From an uncultured Alphaproteobacteria bacterium (GTDB lineage Bacteria; Pseudomonadota; Alphaproteobacteria; HIMB59; GCA-002718135), in assembly GCA_902590695.1 (NCBI GenBank), contig CACIXR010000006.1, positions 21,289-85,288 on the forward strand: 64,000 nucleotides of DNA, in the 5' to 3' direction. A program made the translations under genes and the position numbers. The stretch's first letter is position 1. Every line of letters begins with the position of its first letter. Below are positions 39,070 to 49,099 of the stretch, one piece after another. The notes beneath the pieces are model-generated. The model made no database searches. It saw only the letters and a program-made list of their open reading frames with translations, and was not told the DNA's origin.

Positions 39070-41103
39070 TTATAAATTATTTTCTAAGTAATTTCGAACT
39101 GTTGTTGCAGATTTAGATATTATTTTATATAGTAATTGTATTTCCTCACCTTCTTGTAAATAATTTTTCCTATTACATTTTTGTTGGTTTATAATCTTTT
39201 TATTATTAACATTAGTTTTAGTTAATATAACTAACCATTTATTTGATTTTATTAATCTTCCACATTTTTCAACTATTTTTTTATTTATATCCAATAAATA
39301 TTTATCAAATGGTGGATCACTTATAAAGAACCCAACTGCTTCAGTATTACCATCTTTTATGACAGCTGTTTTAAATTCCAGTTTATCAAAATGATATAAA
39401 ATATTTGATTTATCAGGGTTAAAATATTTTAAATTTTGATTGAAGTATACTAATTTGCCTCTTATTCTTGCAGATTTAAGTTCAAATTCTTTATTATCAT
39501 TAATAATTGGATTTTGTGTAGCAATAAAATTCAGTTGATTATTATCAATAATTAAAAATTGATCTTCTTTTATATATTTTGAAAGAGAAATTAATTCATT
39601 AAATTTTTCCATTTGATCTTCAAGTTGAAGCTGTTTTTCCATTTTTAATTTTTTTGCATTTTCCTTTAATCTTTTTTGATTAAGCGCAACAAGTTGTTTT
39701 TCATCTTCAATATTTTTATAATACCCTTCATATCTTTCATTTGCTCTTATAACCGCATGTAAATTTAATGCATGATTTGCTCCAAAAAGATTTTGCTCTC
39801 TATATCCAAGAGATTTTCGATAAAGTTGATCATCAAAATTTAGAAAAAGATCATTTCGATATGTTTGAACATATCTAATTGATTGTCTAATCATGGTTTC
39901 TTTCCAGCCAGGTAAATAAACACCCAAACCATCAGTTTTTCTTTCCTTTTTTGGTTTTAAGAGCTCAGTCCAATCATGTTTTTTATTCCCAAAATTTAAT
40001 TTTGCATATTTGATAATTTCATTTGGGACGATATCATCCCAAATTGTGTAATGGAAATCAAAAGCATCTTTTATTTTAATTCCAGATGGAACAGTAATTT
40101 CGTAAAAATTAATATCTAATGTATGAAAAATTTCTGCAAAAACACTAAAATAAAACAAAAATTCTCTTGAATAAGAAATAGCTAAACCTCCTCTGTAAGC
40201 ATAAGGGACATAAACACCATCTTTATCAATGAAGGTCATTAAATATTTTAAGTCAATAATACCTTTATCAAATAATTCTTGATTATTAGTTATTAAACCT
40301 ATTAATAATCTTGTAACAGTATGTGCATTAGATATAGTTCCACAATCGTCTGTGCCTCGGTATTTAGTTTTTCCTTGAAAAATAGGCTCTGCGTTTTTTG
40401 TGGCATAAATCTTAGCAGTACGTAAAACATCCTCTTCATCATACTCTTTTGGTATCTTACATCTTCCTCTTTTGGCTTGTAATTTAATATCCATTAAATC
40501 TACAGTTGCCCTAGAGATAAACCATTCATTGATCATCTTTATTTCTTTATCTGATAATCCTAAATGATCTTTTTCAATTGAATACATTTGTGCAAGCATA
40601 GATAAAGTTTTCCAGTAGCTATAATGATTATCTCCTTGTTGCAGTTTAAAGGAGTCTGTTGAAGAGTAATAAAGAAGATAATTTTTTAATAAATCAGTAT
40701 TACGATCAGGGATTTTTTTAAGAGTATTTCCAAAAAATTGTCTAAATTTTGCATACATAATGCAACTATCCCAATCTAGAGAGGTTCCCATCTTAAAAGC
40801 TTCTCTACTAGTTTTATAGATGATCGAATCAAATTTTTTGAGATGATCAAAACATAACTGGTCACCATTATTTGCTTGAAATTCTCGAACAATCTTTGGA
40901 GTGCCCATATCTTTATAATGATCTTGAATTACTTCGTCATAGTATTTAATGTCTTTAACAAGTGACCAATTTTTTGGAATTTTAATATTTTCAATTTCTT
41001 CAATTGAAAAATGTTGTACTAATTCATTTCTATCAATTAATTTTTCGTATGAAAATGCAGAGATATTAAAAAATATAATAAATATTAGTATTAGAAATTT
41101 CAT
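39070..41103 (-). CDS. Exported alginate-lyase-like (alpha/alpha barrel) protein
   Basis: Signal peptide; SNAH...GLITNNQELF...IDKDG...RGGLAISY pattern. Confidence 0.55.
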   Translation of the reverse strand: MKFLILIFIIFFNISAFSYEKLIDRNELVQHFSIEEIENIKIPKNWSLVKDIKYYDEVIQDHYKDMGTPKIVREFQANNGDQLCFDHLKKFDSIIYKTSREAFKMGTSLDWDSCIMYAKFRQFFGNTLKKIPDRNTDLLKNYLLYYSSTDSFKLQQGDNHYSYWKTLSMLAQMYSIEKDHLGLSDKEIKMINEWFISRATVDLMDIKLQAKRGRCKIPKEYDEEDVLRTAKIYATKNAEPIFQGKTKYRGTDDCGTISNAHTVTRLLIGLITNNQELFDKGIIDLKYLMTFIDKDGVYVPYAYRGGLAISYSREFLFYFSVFAEIFHTLDINFYEITVPSGIKIKDAFDFHYTIWDDIVPNEIIKYAKLNFGNKKHDWTELLKPKKERKTDGLGVYLPGWKETMIRQSIRYVQTYRNDLFLNFDDQLYRKSLGYREQNLFGANHALNLHAVIRANERYEGYYKNIEDEKQLVALNQKRLKENAKKLKMEKQLQLEDQMEKFNELISLSKYIKEDQFLIIDNNQLNFIATQNPIINDNKEFELKSARIRGKLVYFNQNLKYFNPDKSNILYHFDKLEFKTAVIKDGNTEAVGFFISDPPFDKYLLDINKKIVEKCGRLIKSNKWLVILTKTNVNNKKIINQQKCNRKNYLQEGEEIQLLYKIISKSATTVRNYLENNL

Positions 41104-41256
41104 ATGTTTATGTAATTCGTATTATATCTAGTTGAAATAAATTCATTAAATGATATTTTTTTAAAATAGACTAATTTTTTTAATAATAACTAATTAATTT
41201 TAATAAAATTATTAAATTTAATAGAAATGTAACAAATATATATTACTTCAATAAAA

Positions 41257-41300
41257 GAACGATTTGACTCTATTGCGGTTCAAAAGCAGCTAAAATGAGA
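41257..41300 (+). ncRNA. SAM-II (SAM-alpha)-like riboswitch aptamer
   Basis: GAAC-GATTTG-ACTCTA-TTGC-G-GTTC-AAAA-GCAGCTAAAAT-GAG: P1 GAAC/GTTC, pseudoknot TTGC/GCAG and CTC/GAG, conserved GATTT and GCTAAA. Confidence 0.7.
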
Positions 41301-41312
41301 TAAGTATAAATT

Positions 41313-41351
41313 TATCCTCCCATTAAGAAAAATGGTGAGGATATTTTTTTT
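41313..41351 (+). terminator. Leader terminator (riboswitch expression platform)
   Basis: TATCCTCCCATT-AAGAAA-AATGG(T)GAGGATA followed by T8, directly before the AGGAG RBS. Confidence 0.75.
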
Positions 41352-41362
41352 AGGAGATAATT

Positions 41363-41620
41363 ATGAATTTATGTGTTGTATCCAAAGGATCTTTTACCAA
41401 ATAAGATTACATGGAATTATTTAATTTTTTTAAAGATGATATTGAAAAATATACAGATGCGTTTGACATGGCATTTGTGAAAGATGGCCACGTGATGACT
41501 ATGTGTAATGTAACTGATGAAGAGAAATTTTACGCTTTATTTGATGACCCAAAATCAAAAGAATTTGATTCAAAATTTAATAGTACAGATACAGTGTATT
41601 CTTTTCAAAAGGTAGAATAG
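41363..41620 (+). pseudogene. Small alpha+beta protein (85 codons) interrupted by an in-frame TAA at 41402-41404
   Basis: RBS AGGAG, then ATG 41363: MNLCVVSKGSFTK*DY, in frame with ORF 41411. Confidence 0.7.
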
Positions 41621-42232
41621 TTATAATCCACCATTTGAAGTTAAGAAGTCAGAAATTTTTTCTATACCGTTATTATTTTTCATTTCACCAAAAATATAAG
41701 GTAAACCATTTCTGGCTTCATTGACATCTTGTTTCATTTGTTCTAAATCAACATTAACATATGGAGCTAGGTCAACTTTATTAATTACGAGTAAATCAGA
41801 TTTTCTTATAGCTGGTGCTTTTTTTCTCGGTATGTCTGCACCTTGCGCCACATCAATCATATAAATTGTTAAATCAACTAATTCTGGACTAAAAGTTGCC
41901 GCTAAATTATCACCACCTGATTCAATAAGTATTAATTCTAGATCTGGAAATTTTTTTTTCATTTCATCTACTGCAAGTAAATTTATGGAGCAATCTTCTC
42001 TTATAGCGGTATGTGGACAGCCACCAGTTTCTACACCTTTAATTCTTTCTATAGGTAGAACCTGTGCTTTCATTAAATATTCCGCATCTTCAGTTGTATA
42101 AATATCATTTGAAATAACTGCCATAGAAACTTTTTTAGATAAATGACGACATAATGCTTCTGTTAAACTAGTTTTACCAGTCCCTATTCCACCACCTATT
42201 CCAACTTTTAAAGGTCCATTTATATTATTCAC
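41621..42232 (-). CDS. ureG: Urease accessory GTPase
   Basis: [29 protein letters not shown]. Confidence 0.96.
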   Translation of the reverse strand: MNNINGPLKVGIGGGIGTGKTSLTEALCRHLSKKVSMAVISNDIYTTEDAEYLMKAQVLPIERIKGVETGGCPHTAIREDCSINLLAVDEMKKKFPDLELILIESGGDNLAATFSPELVDLTIYMIDVAQGADIPRKKAPAIRKSDLLVINKVDLAPYVNVDLEQMKQDVNEARNGLPYIFGEMKNNNGIEKISDFLTSNGGL

Positions 42233-42864
42233 GTTAAATAAATCCTTGAGTCTAAATTTTCATGCTTAATGGCATAAATATCACCAATAAAAAAACTTGT
42301 ACCTATATCTTTAAGATTTAGTTTATCTGATTGATTTAAAAAATCTTGAATTTGATTAATAAAAATAACATTTAGACTCTGTCCATCTTTTTGAGACATT
42401 GGTATATGTTTTACACATACATTTATTAAATTAGAAATGAATGATTGTAGATAAAACTTAATTAAATCATCAAACTTAATGTCAAAATGCAATCCAGCTT
42501 TCGCCAAACAATATATAAATGATGTATTTTCAGGCAGAGATAATTCCCAACTATCTTTCATGATTTTACGAAAAGAATTTCCCATATCTATCATTTCTAT
42601 TTGTCTTTCTTTAGAGGAAGCACTTGCTAAGATTAATTGATTAATTTCCTTACCTTTGTAAATTGACTTCATAAAAATATAGTCATTTCTTAATGTGCCA
42701 TAAAATAAAAGTGCATCTAAAAATTCTTTAACATCATTATTATTTTTAATTTTTTTATCATCAATCAGCGCTTCTAAACCATGAGAGTATGCATAAGAGC
42801 CAATAGGAAAAGAAGATGAAAACCATACTTGTAGTATTTGATGAGGATCTTTAAATTTTTTCAT
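42229..42864 (-). CDS. ureF: Urease accessory protein F
   Basis: [28 protein letters not shown]; likely start ATG 42864. Confidence 0.92.
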   Translation of the reverse strand: MKKFKDPHQILQVWFSSSFPIGSYAYSHGLEALIDDKKIKNNNDVKEFLDALLFYGTLRNDYIFMKSIYKGKEINQLILASASSKERQIEMIDMGNSFRKIMKDSWELSLPENTSFIYCLAKAGLHFDIKFDDLIKFYLQSFISNLINVCVKHIPMSQKDGQSLNVIFINQIQDFLNQSDKLNLKDIGTSFFIGDIYAIKHENLDSRIYLT

Positions 42865-42865
42865 T

Positions 42866-43312
42866 TTAATGTTTGTGGCTATGTGTTCTGCCCATACCAT
42901 AAGCGCCACCTTCAGGTTTAAATTTTTCAAAAACTTTTTTTACATTTCCGTGTAATTTTAGAACCATATCAAGAATTACAGCATCATCTTGAATAAGAAT
43001 TCTGTTTTCTTCAATTTGACATGGCAGATGTCTATTTCCTATGTGCCATATAATTTGCTTTAAATTATTACCTGTTATTTCAATTAAATTTTCTTCTTTA
43101 GATAGAACTTTAATTAAATTTCCATTTTCTAATTCAAAATAATTATTTTCATCAACACTGACTGTTTCTTCAAGATTAACTAAAAATTCAGTTCCATTAT
43201 TTGCTGTAAGTTTTTTTCTACGTATAAATCTTTCTTCATAAGATAATGAGATTTCATCTAATAATTCTTTGTTTTCATGATTGTGAAGAATTATTTTTAA
43301 AGAAGTATCCAT
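42866..43312 (-). CDS. ureE: Urease accessory Ni-chaperone E
   Basis: WHIGNRHLP, PEGGAYG, His tail; likely start ATG 43312. Confidence 0.92.
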   Translation of the reverse strand: MDTSLKIILHNHENKELLDEISLSYEERFIRRKKLTANNGTEFLVNLEETVSVDENNYFELENGNLIKVLSKEENLIEITGNNLKQIIWHIGNRHLPCQIEENRILIQDDAVILDMVLKLHGNVKKVFEKFKPEGGAYGMGRTHSHKH

Positions 43313-43313
43313 T

Positions 43314-45020
43314 TTAGTACATAAAATAACGTTGAGCCAACGGTAATGTTTCAGCCGGTTCACAAGTAATTAACTCGCCATCTGCTAAAACTTCATAGGT
43401 TTCTGGGTTAACTTCTATTTTTGGATAATAATCATTTAATATCATATCTTTTTTAGAAATTTTTCTGATATTTTTAACAGGTAATAGAGATTTATTTACT
43501 CCAGAATTTTTGAATGAATTTTTATCTAAAGAGGCTTTACTTACAAAAGTTGCAGTAGATTGTTCTAATGATTTCCCAAAAGAGGAAAACATTGGTCGTG
43601 AATATACTGGTTGAGGTGTTGGAATAGAGGCATTCGGATCACCCATTTGTGAACAAGCAATACTTCCACCTTGTAAAACCATTTCAGGTTTAACACCAAA
43701 AAAGGCAGTATCCCAAATAACAATATCAGCACGTTTATTTTTTTCAATACTTCCAATATGTTCGGAAATACCATGGGCAATTGCAGGATTAATTGTATAT
43801 TTAGCAATGTATCTTTTAACTCTTACATTGTCGTTATTACCCTTCTCATCTTTTAATTGTCCCCGTTGAACTTTCATTTTATGTGCTGTTTGCCATGTTC
43901 TAATAATAACCTCGCCTACACGACCCATTGCTTGACTATCAGAAGCAATAATTGAAAATGCACCCATATCATGAAGTATATCTTCAGCTGCAATTGTTTC
44001 TTTTCGAATACGACTTTCGGCAAATGCTACATCTTCTGGTATAGATTTATCTAAGTGATGGCATACCATTAACATATCCAAATGCTCTTCAACTGTATTA
44101 ACTGTATAGGGTCTCGTTGGGTTAGTAGAAGAAGGAATAACATATTGTTCACCGCAAACTTTTATAATATCGGGTGCATGACCACCACCAGCTCCTTCAG
44201 TGTGAAAAGCGTGAATGGTTCTTCCATTAATTGCTTTTATCGTGCTCTCTACAAATCCACTTTCATTTAATGTATCAGTGTGAATCATAACTTGAATGTC
44301 ATGTTCATCAGCAACATTTAAACAATTATCGATAGCTGCTGGAGTTGTACCCCAATCTTCGTGAAGTTTTAACGAACTTGCTCCAGCAATTACTTGTTCT
44401 TCGAGAGCTTTAGGTAAAGAACTATTTCCTTTACCTGCAAATGCTAAGTTCATAGGAAAAGCATCAGCAGATTGTATCATTCTCTCTATGTGCCATGGCC
44501 CAGGTGTAACTGTAGTTGCCAAGGTGCCATGTGCAGGACCAGTTCCACCTCCCAGCATAGTTGTAATACCTGAATGAAGTGCATCATCTATTTGCTGAGG
44601 ACAAATAAAATGGATATGACTATCAAAACCACCAGCTGTTATTATCTTACCTTCACCTGCAATTATTTCTGTTCCTGGTCCAATAATAATATTTACGTTT
44701 GGTTGTGTGTCTGGATTACCAGCCTTACCAATTTCATTAATTAAGCCATCTTTAAGACCAATATCTGCTTTGTAAATTCCATTTACATCTACTATTAAAG
44801 CGTTTGTTATAACTGTATCAACAGCTCCATCTTTACGAGATACTTGAGATTGCCCCATTCCATCTCGAATGACTTTTCCGCCACCAAATTTTACTTCTTC
44901 TCCGTATGTTGTTAAATCTTTTTCAACTTCAATAAATAGTTCAGTGTCAGCAAGTCTAACCTTATCACCAGTTGTTGGTCCATACATATCGGCATAAGCT
45001 TCTCTTTTTATTTTTTTCAT
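43314..45020 (-). CDS. ureC: Urease alpha subunit
   Basis: [43 protein letters not shown]. Confidence 0.98.
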   Translation of the reverse strand: MKKIKREAYADMYGPTTGDKVRLADTELFIEVEKDLTTYGEEVKFGGGKVIRDGMGQSQVSRKDGAVDTVITNALIVDVNGIYKADIGLKDGLINEIGKAGNPDTQPNVNIIIGPGTEIIAGEGKIITAGGFDSHIHFICPQQIDDALHSGITTMLGGGTGPAHGTLATTVTPGPWHIERMIQSADAFPMNLAFAGKGNSSLPKALEEQVIAGASSLKLHEDWGTTPAAIDNCLNVADEHDIQVMIHTDTLNESGFVESTIKAINGRTIHAFHTEGAGGGHAPDIIKVCGEQYVIPSSTNPTRPYTVNTVEEHLDMLMVCHHLDKSIPEDVAFAESRIRKETIAAEDILHDMGAFSIIASDSQAMGRVGEVIIRTWQTAHKMKVQRGQLKDEKGNNDNVRVKRYIAKYTINPAIAHGISEHIGSIEKNKRADIVIWDTAFFGVKPEMVLQGGSIACSQMGDPNASIPTPQPVYSRPMFSSFGKSLEQSTATFVSKASLDKNSFKNSGVNKSLLPVKNIRKISKKDMILNDYYPKIEVNPETYEVLADGELITCEPAETLPLAQRYFMY

Positions 45021-45328
45021 TACAATTTACCCATAACTTTCTTATTAAAACCAAATATCTTTCTATTTCCTGTAATTGGAATTAATTCTACATCTTTTGA
45101 TTGACCAGGTTCAAACCGAACAGCTGTTCCAGATGGTATATCTAAACGCATACCGTTTGATTTTTCTCTATCAAATTTCAAATATTCATTTGTTTCAGCA
45201 AAGTGATAATGACTACCAACTTGAATTGGACGATCACCACTATTTGAAACTTTTAAAGTTATTGATTGTCTTTCATCATTCAAATTAATATCACTATTTT
45301 GTTTTGTTATTATTTCACCAGGTTTCAT
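45020..45328 (-). CDS. ureB: Urease beta subunit
   Basis: [22 protein letters not shown]. Confidence 0.97.
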   Translation of the reverse strand: MKPGEIITKQNSDINLNDERQSITLKVSNSGDRPIQVGSHYHFAETNEYLKFDREKSNGMRLDIPSGTAVRFEPGQSKDVELIPITGNRKIFGFNKKVMGKL

Positions 45329-45630
45329 TATCTTATTGGTTTATGTACTGTTACTAATTTTGTTCCATCTGGAAATGTTGCTTCAACTTGTACTTCTGGA
45401 ATCATATCTGGAATACCATCCATACAATCCTCTTTTTTTACTACATGCGCTCCTGTTTCCATTAATTCTGATACCATTTTTCCATCTCTTGCACCTTCTA
45501 TGACAAAATCTGTTATCAACGCTATCGCTTCTGGATAATTAAGTTTAACACCTCTTTCAAGACGTTTTCTAGCAACATTAGCTGCCATACTGACCATCAA
45601 CTTATCTTTTTCTCTTGGTGTTAATTTCAT
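45328..45630 (-). CDS. ureA: Urease gamma subunit
   Basis: [31 protein letters not shown]. Confidence 0.97.
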   Translation of the reverse strand: MKLTPREKDKLMVSMAANVARKRLERGVKLNYPEAIALITDFVIEGARDGKMVSELMETGAHVVKKEDCMDGIPDMIPEVQVEATFPDGTKLVTVHKPIR

Positions 45631-46428
45631 TTATAGATCCCAACTTTTTGATAGTTTATCATTTATTATATTTTTCATAATAAAATTTAGTGTTTTTTTT
45701 AAATCATAATTATCATCAGCTAAGCACCTAATTACAATCTTATCATCAAATTTTGTCATTTCACAATAATGATTTTCTAAGTTATTTATAACTTTACTTA
45801 ACTCAGACTCAAGTTGATGAATAATATCACCAAAAATTAAAATTGTTGATAAAGATGATTGGTTATAAAATGTATAATTGTTATTAAAATTATCAATCGT
45901 TGATCCTTTTATATTAATTGCTTCAAAATGCTTTATTGTAGAATTCGTAAAAATTTTCCATTGATCAGAAAAAGAAATATTTTTAATTTTTTCAGACATT
46001 GCTTTTCTTCCAAAAATTGTAGTTTCACAAAAAATTAAATTAGAATTATTTGATAAATTAATATTTATACTTCTTCTTAATTTTGAATTATCAAATAAAA
46101 TTAACTCTTTGGGCAACCAATACAAATTTGAATTATTTAAATTGATATTTATGTCTACTTTTGCAGGATCACCTATTCCTGAATAAATTTTATCAGCGGC
46201 TTGCGTACAAATACTTAATTCAGAATTATGAATTGTAGCATTAATTTCAATATTATCATTACAAGTAATTCCTCCTGCAGTGTTAATTAAAACTAATTCT
46301 TTATTATTATTATTATAATTATTTGGATTTAAAATTTTACAACAACCACTTTGAAAAAATTTTTTAAAATTATTATCAAATAATTCAATATTAATTTTGC
46401 CATTTGATCTTTGAAGTAATTTATCCAT
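45631..46428 (-). CDS. ureD: Urease accessory protein D
   Basis: INTAGGI, TQAADKIY, WLPKE, FGR; first gene of the ure operon. Confidence 0.9.
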   Translation of the reverse strand: MDKLLQRSNGKINIELFDNNFKKFFQSGCCKILNPNNYNNNNKELVLINTAGGITCNDNIEINATIHNSELSICTQAADKIYSGIGDPAKVDININLNNSNLYWLPKELILFDNSKLRRSININLSNNSNLIFCETTIFGRKAMSEKIKNISFSDQWKIFTNSTIKHFEAINIKGSTIDNFNNNYTFYNQSSLSTILIFGDIIHQLESELSKVINNLENHYCEMTKFDDKIVIRCLADDNYDLKKTLNFIMKNIINDKLSKSWDL

Positions 46429-46477
46429 AATTATTCAATTAAGTATAATCTAAACAAAATATATGAAAATAAATATT

Positions 46478-46554
46478 TGGCGTGCCCGGCATGATTCGAA
46501 CATGCGGCCCCCAGATTAGGAATCTGGTGCTCTATCCTACTGAGCTACGGGCAC
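46478..46554 (-). tRNA. tRNA-Arg(CCT)
   Basis: GTGCCCG acceptor stem, TAGCTCAGTAGGATAGAGC D-arm, CCAGA-TTCCTAA-TCTGG anticodon arm, GTTCGAAT T-loop, encoded CCA end. Confidence 0.95.
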
Positions 46555-46561
46555 TCCTAAT

Positions 46562-46846
46562 TTAATTTTTATGATTTAATGTTACTTTACCAGTCTTCGT
46601 ATCAACAACATCAAATGTTTTTTCATTATTACTCATTCTTTTTGATCTAGCGGCTGAAGCTCGCTCCATAGCATCATTATCAGCATATAATGAAATAGCC
46701 ATAACAGTTGTTTCGCTTGCACGAATTTGTAATAATTGTTCTGCTTCAGGAAATTCACCTGGTGCTTTTGTTGAATAATCCTTAATTGATTCATCAGCAT
46801 CTTCTTTAGACTTAAAATTAATAGTTGTTATCCTTGCAACTGACAT
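46562..46846 (-). CDS. Small alpha+beta barrel hypothetical protein
   Basis: RBS AAGGAG; ARITTINF...FPEAE...ISLY pattern. Confidence 0.6.
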   Translation of the reverse strand: MSVARITTINFKSKEDADESIKDYSTKAPGEFPEAEQLLQIRASETTVMAISLYADNDAMERASAARSKRMSNNEKTFDVVDTKTGKVTLNHKN

Positions 46847-46870
46847 ATTTAGCTCCTTTAAATATAATTT

Positions 46871-47050
46871 TTATAACCATGAATAACCGACACAGGCCAA
46901 TGCTATAATTAAAAAAAAATTCATAACTCTTTTTCTATTTTTAACTTGCTGATCGTTTAAATTTTCATTTCTTGATAGATAATATAGATAACATCCAATT
47001 GCGAATGCTACAAATCCTCCAAGATAAGCATACCATTGTAATTCGGTCAT
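46871..47050 (-). CDS. 59-aa two-TM small membrane protein (absent from the ORF track)
   Basis: MTELQWYAYLGGFVAFAIGCYLYYLSRNENLNDQQVKNRKRVMNFFLIIALACVGYSWL*; fills an apparent intergenic gap. Confidence 0.65.
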   Translation of the reverse strand: MTELQWYAYLGGFVAFAIGCYLYYLSRNENLNDQQVKNRKRVMNFFLIIALACVGYSWL

Positions 47051-47099
47051 TTATTTAATTTATATATTATTATATAAAAAATTATAATTTTTTTTAATT

Positions 47100-48128
47100 A
47101 TGTCTTACAAAGCTAAAACAAATAGATATCAAAAATTAATTTATAGAAGATGTGGAAATAGTGGTTTACTTTTACCACCTATTACACTGGGTCTTTGGCA
47201 TAATTTTGGTGGTAAAAAATCTATGTCAAAAGAAGCAAAGAAAATGCTTTTTAGAGCATTTGATAGAGGTGTAACTCATTTTGATTTAGCAAATAATTAT
47301 GGTCCGCCAGCAGGATCTGCAGAAGAAAATTTTGGTAAAGTTATGAACTCTGATTTTAAGAAATATAGAGACGAAATGATAATATCAAGCAAGGCAGGCT
47401 ATCATATGTGGGATGGCCCATATGGTGAATGGGGTTCCAAAAAATACTTAACTGCAAGCCTTGATCAAAGCTTAAAAAGAATGAAGCTAGAATATGTAGA
47501 TATATTTTATTCTCATCGTTTTGATCCACTAACACCATTAGAAGAGACAGCAGATGCATTAGCTCAATCAATTACAAGTGGTAAGGCTTTATATGTAGGA
47601 ATTTCATCATATAGTTCAAAACAAACAATTAAAATGAACAAGTTATTAAAAGACAGAGGAGTTAGTTGTTTAATTCATCAACCTTCTTATTCAATGATTA
47701 ATAGATGGGTGGAAAAAGATTTATTATCTACATTAAAAAAATTAGGTATAGGATGTATTGCATTCTCTCCTCTCGCTCAAGGAATGTTATCAGGTAAATA
47801 TTTAAAAAAAATACCTAAAGTTTCAAGGATTTCAGATAATTCGTCTCTTGATAAAAAAATGATTACAAAAAGTTATTTAATTAAAATTAAAGAGTTAACT
47901 AAAATTGCAAATAGAAGAGAGCAATCTTTACCTCAAATGGCTCTTTCTTGGATACTTCGTCACCCGACTATGACATCAGCTCTAATTGGTGCAAGAACAG
48001 TAAAGCAATTAGACGAGTGTTTGGATAGTCAAAATAATCTAACTTTTAGTAATTTTGAGTTAAAAGAAATAGATAAATATGCAAAAGAAGAAAAAATTAA
48101 TCTGTGGGCTAAATCAAGTACAGATTAA
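47100..48128 (+). CDS. Aldo/keto reductase (YghZ/L-glyceraldehyde-3-phosphate reductase-like)
   Basis: LGLWHNFG, HFDLANNYGPP, SSKAGY, YSHRFD, FSPLAQG. Confidence 0.9.
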   Translation: MSYKAKTNRYQKLIYRRCGNSGLLLPPITLGLWHNFGGKKSMSKEAKKMLFRAFDRGVTHFDLANNYGPPAGSAEENFGKVMNSDFKKYRDEMIISSKAGYHMWDGPYGEWGSKKYLTASLDQSLKRMKLEYVDIFYSHRFDPLTPLEETADALAQSITSGKALYVGISSYSSKQTIKMNKLLKDRGVSCLIHQPSYSMINRWVEKDLLSTLKKLGIGCIAFSPLAQGMLSGKYLKKIPKVSRISDNSSLDKKMITKSYLIKIKELTKIANRREQSLPQMALSWILRHPTMTSALIGARTVKQLDECLDSQNNLTFSNFELKEIDKYAKEEKINLWAKSSTD

Positions 48129-48134
48129 TATGTA

Positions 48135-49058
48135 ATGAAATACAATATTTTAATCACTGATATTTTAATAAAAGATTTTGTTCATGTTTATAAAAAAGAT
48201 TTCAGTGTTGATTGTTTATGGAAATTAGAGAGTAAAATTGATTTTAATAAATACCAAGGAATAGTTGTCACCGGTGGTTTTAAAACTAATAAAAAATTTC
48301 TTAAAAAATTTAATAATCTAAAAATAGTTTCAGTATTCGGTGTTGGTTATGATGGTGTTGATCTGAATTATTGTAAAAATAATAAAATAGTTATAACAAA
48401 TACACCTAAAGTTCTTACTGACGATGTTGCTGATTTAGCACTTGGCCTCATGATGTCTTTATTAAGAAGAATAAATGAAGCCCATAATTTTATTTTGAAA
48501 AAAAAATGGAGTAAAAAATCTTTTGAATTGACAACCAGCCTTACTAACAAAACAGTAGGAATTGTTGGTATGGGTGAAATAGGTAAAGCATTTTCTAAAC
48601 GAGTAAAATCTCTTTCTATGAAAATTGTTTATTATGGCCCAAATAAAAAAAATTTGAAGTATAAATATTTCAAAAATTTAAAAGATATGGCCACTGTAAT
48701 TGATGTAATGGTAATTACATGTATTGGTGGAAGAAAAACAAAAGACTTAATAAACAAAACTATTTTAAAACTCATGAAACCATCTTCTATAATAGTAAAT
48801 GTTTCAAGAGGATCTGTAATTAATGAAGTTCATTTATTAGAAGTTTTGAATAAAAATTTAATTGGTGGTGCAGCATTAGATGTCTTTAAATTGGAGCCAA
48901 AAATTAACAATAAATTTTTAAAATTAAAAAATGTTTTGTTATCTCCTCATAATGGAAGCGCTACTTTTGAGACAAGAGAAAAAATGGCTAAGCTTAGTTC
49001 ACGAAATATATCAAATTATCTTTATAAAAAAAAATTAAAAAACAAAGTTAGATACTAA
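48135..49058 (+). CDS. D-2-hydroxyacid dehydrogenase
   Basis: GVGYDG, GMGEIG, NVSRG, LDVF..EP, PHNGSAT. Confidence 0.9.
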   Translation: MKYNILITDILIKDFVHVYKKDFSVDCLWKLESKIDFNKYQGIVVTGGFKTNKKFLKKFNNLKIVSVFGVGYDGVDLNYCKNNKIVITNTPKVLTDDVADLALGLMMSLLRRINEAHNFILKKKWSKKSFELTTSLTNKTVGIVGMGEIGKAFSKRVKSLSMKIVYYGPNKKNLKYKYFKNLKDMATVIDVMVITCIGGRKTKDLINKTILKLMKPSSIIVNVSRGSVINEVHLLEVLNKNLIGGAALDVFKLEPKINNKFLKLKNVLLSPHNGSATFETREKMAKLSSRNISNYLYKKKLKNKVRY

Positions 49059-49099
49059 AACATATTGTAATTAGTTTTGTTTTTTGATAAATTTTTTGA

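Noticed and set aside
32690-41180. Shared AGACTAATTTTTT motif upstream of both lyase-like genes
   Set aside because: Low complexity in very AT-rich DNA and in opposite orientation relative to the two genes
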